DNA of 63,955 nt, counting the filler, from Barthelona sp. PAP020 (taxonomy: Eukaryota): the NCBI GenBank assembly GCA_040182905.1. It is 4 parts of 4 records of this genome, joined end to end, with 100 filler letters (N's around TTAATTAATTAA, not from the genome) between each part and the next. Parts side by side here need not be neighbours in the genome. Positions count along the whole stretch, not along the records: positions 51,362 to 63,955 come from JARQWU010000341.1; 3 more parts are not named here. The stretch is one strand, 5' to 3'. Each line of letters starts with the position of its first letter. Position 1 is the stretch's first letter. Both the position numbers and the translations under genes were made by a program. The notes under the pieces were generated by a model that saw only the letters and a program-made list of their open reading frames with translations, was not told where the DNA came from and did not search any database. This document shows positions 63,266 through 63,955 of this stretch, in pieces.

Positions 63266-63421
63266 ATTTTTGCAAAAGCAAAATTTAAAAGTTTAAACAT
63301 ACCTTAGAAAATCTTAAGTTTTTCAACAGATCAATCATGTCTTGAAAGCCATTAACCAAATAAATATACACAATTCTTTTTTATTCACTCATGCACACAG
63401 AGCTTCCTAGATTGGAAATAA
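63266..63421 (+). repeat. Dispersed repeat R4, copy b
   Basis: Matches 25236-25388. Confidence 0.9.
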
Positions 63422-63594
63422 AAATTATAATTTACTGTTTGATCACTTTACATTGGCTGTTCTTCTTTTTGAATCTCTTACTCATTAAATCTCTACTACA
63501 TCTCCTGGTCATAAGGTATTCTGACTGAAAGGAATAAAAAACAATAATACAAACAATTTTATGATATACAAAACATAAATTTCAATTTCAAAGA

Positions 63595-63955
63595 TCAATT
63601 GGTTTTGTCTATTTGTTCCAACAAAGTGTCCATGTAATTAGGACTATAATATTGAACAACATCATTTGGATAACATCCATTGATAATATCAACGAATTCT
63701 TGAAGTCGTGATCCAGTTTCGGGTTCTAACATTTGTAATCTCTGTAAACCACCAGAAACAACAAAAGCTTTTCTAGCTTCAACATTGTTTGGTAAAATCT
63801 TTGCATATTGACCGACAATTGTTTTTAAAACTTCCTCAGGTGCAGTGTGTAGCAATGGATCAAGAGCTTCAAGATCCATACATTTACTGACTACAGCTTT
63901 AAGGGCTCTCTTACATTTCAATTGTAAGTCTTCAGACGATGAAGGACTAACAAGT
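63595..63955 (-). CDS. SPAG6: Central-pair armadillo protein SPAG6/PF16, C-terminal part (runs off the window)
   Basis: SEDLQLKCKRALK...LEALDPLL..AP...QYAKILP...ARKAFV.SGGL...INGCYP..VVQYYSP is the conserved SPAG6 C-terminus. Confidence 0.92.
   Translation of the reverse strand, partial: LVSPSSSEDLQLKCKRALKAVVSKCMDLEALDPLLHTAPEEVLKTIVGQYAKILPNNVEARKAFVVSGGLQRLQMLEPETGSRLQEFVDIINGCYPNDVVQYYSPNYMDTLLEQIDKTN

Noticed and set aside
18050..63597. Alternative nuclear genetic code (TAA/TAG as Gln, or TGA as Trp)
   Set aside because: Conserved proteins end at the expected positions with TAA (RPL13A), TAG (B55, ALG10) and TGA (SPAG6, TTC26), and long ORFs have no internal stops.

Overview
AT-rich, gene-dense, intron-poor nuclear DNA of a flagellated microbial eukaryote using the standard genetic code. 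A metamonad-like affinity is suggested by the intron signals but is only an inference. The window is not one locus: three identical 100-nt artificial spacers (44 N + TTAATTAATTAA + 44 N) join four contigs of about 17 kb, apparently sorted by length. It holds about 30 protein genes, including AP-4 epsilon, uL13/RPL13A, a VAP-like MSP protein, a SUN-domain protein, LCAT/PLA2G15, dUTPase, ALG10, a NEK kinase, IFT56/TTC26, PP2A B55 and SPAG6/PF16. There are also three short spliceosomal introns near 5' ends, a decayed WD40 pseudogene and four dispersed non-coding repeat segments, several at contig ends. The most notable observations are: (1) an unannotated, highly structured ~350-nt ncRNA candidate at about 3870-4210; (2) an intact 11-kb DNAH1-like dynein heavy chain with no recognisable P-loop in any AAA module; (3) a stand-alone dynein microtubule-binding-like domain fused to an NHL propeller; (4) a PARP1 Zn1+Zn3 protein without a catalytic domain; (5) pseudo-enzyme-like CLC and GT32 proteins; (6) a bacterial-type dUTPase; (7) a recurrent TGTAAA motif at 3' ends. 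All family calls come from motif recognition by eye; no database searches were run.
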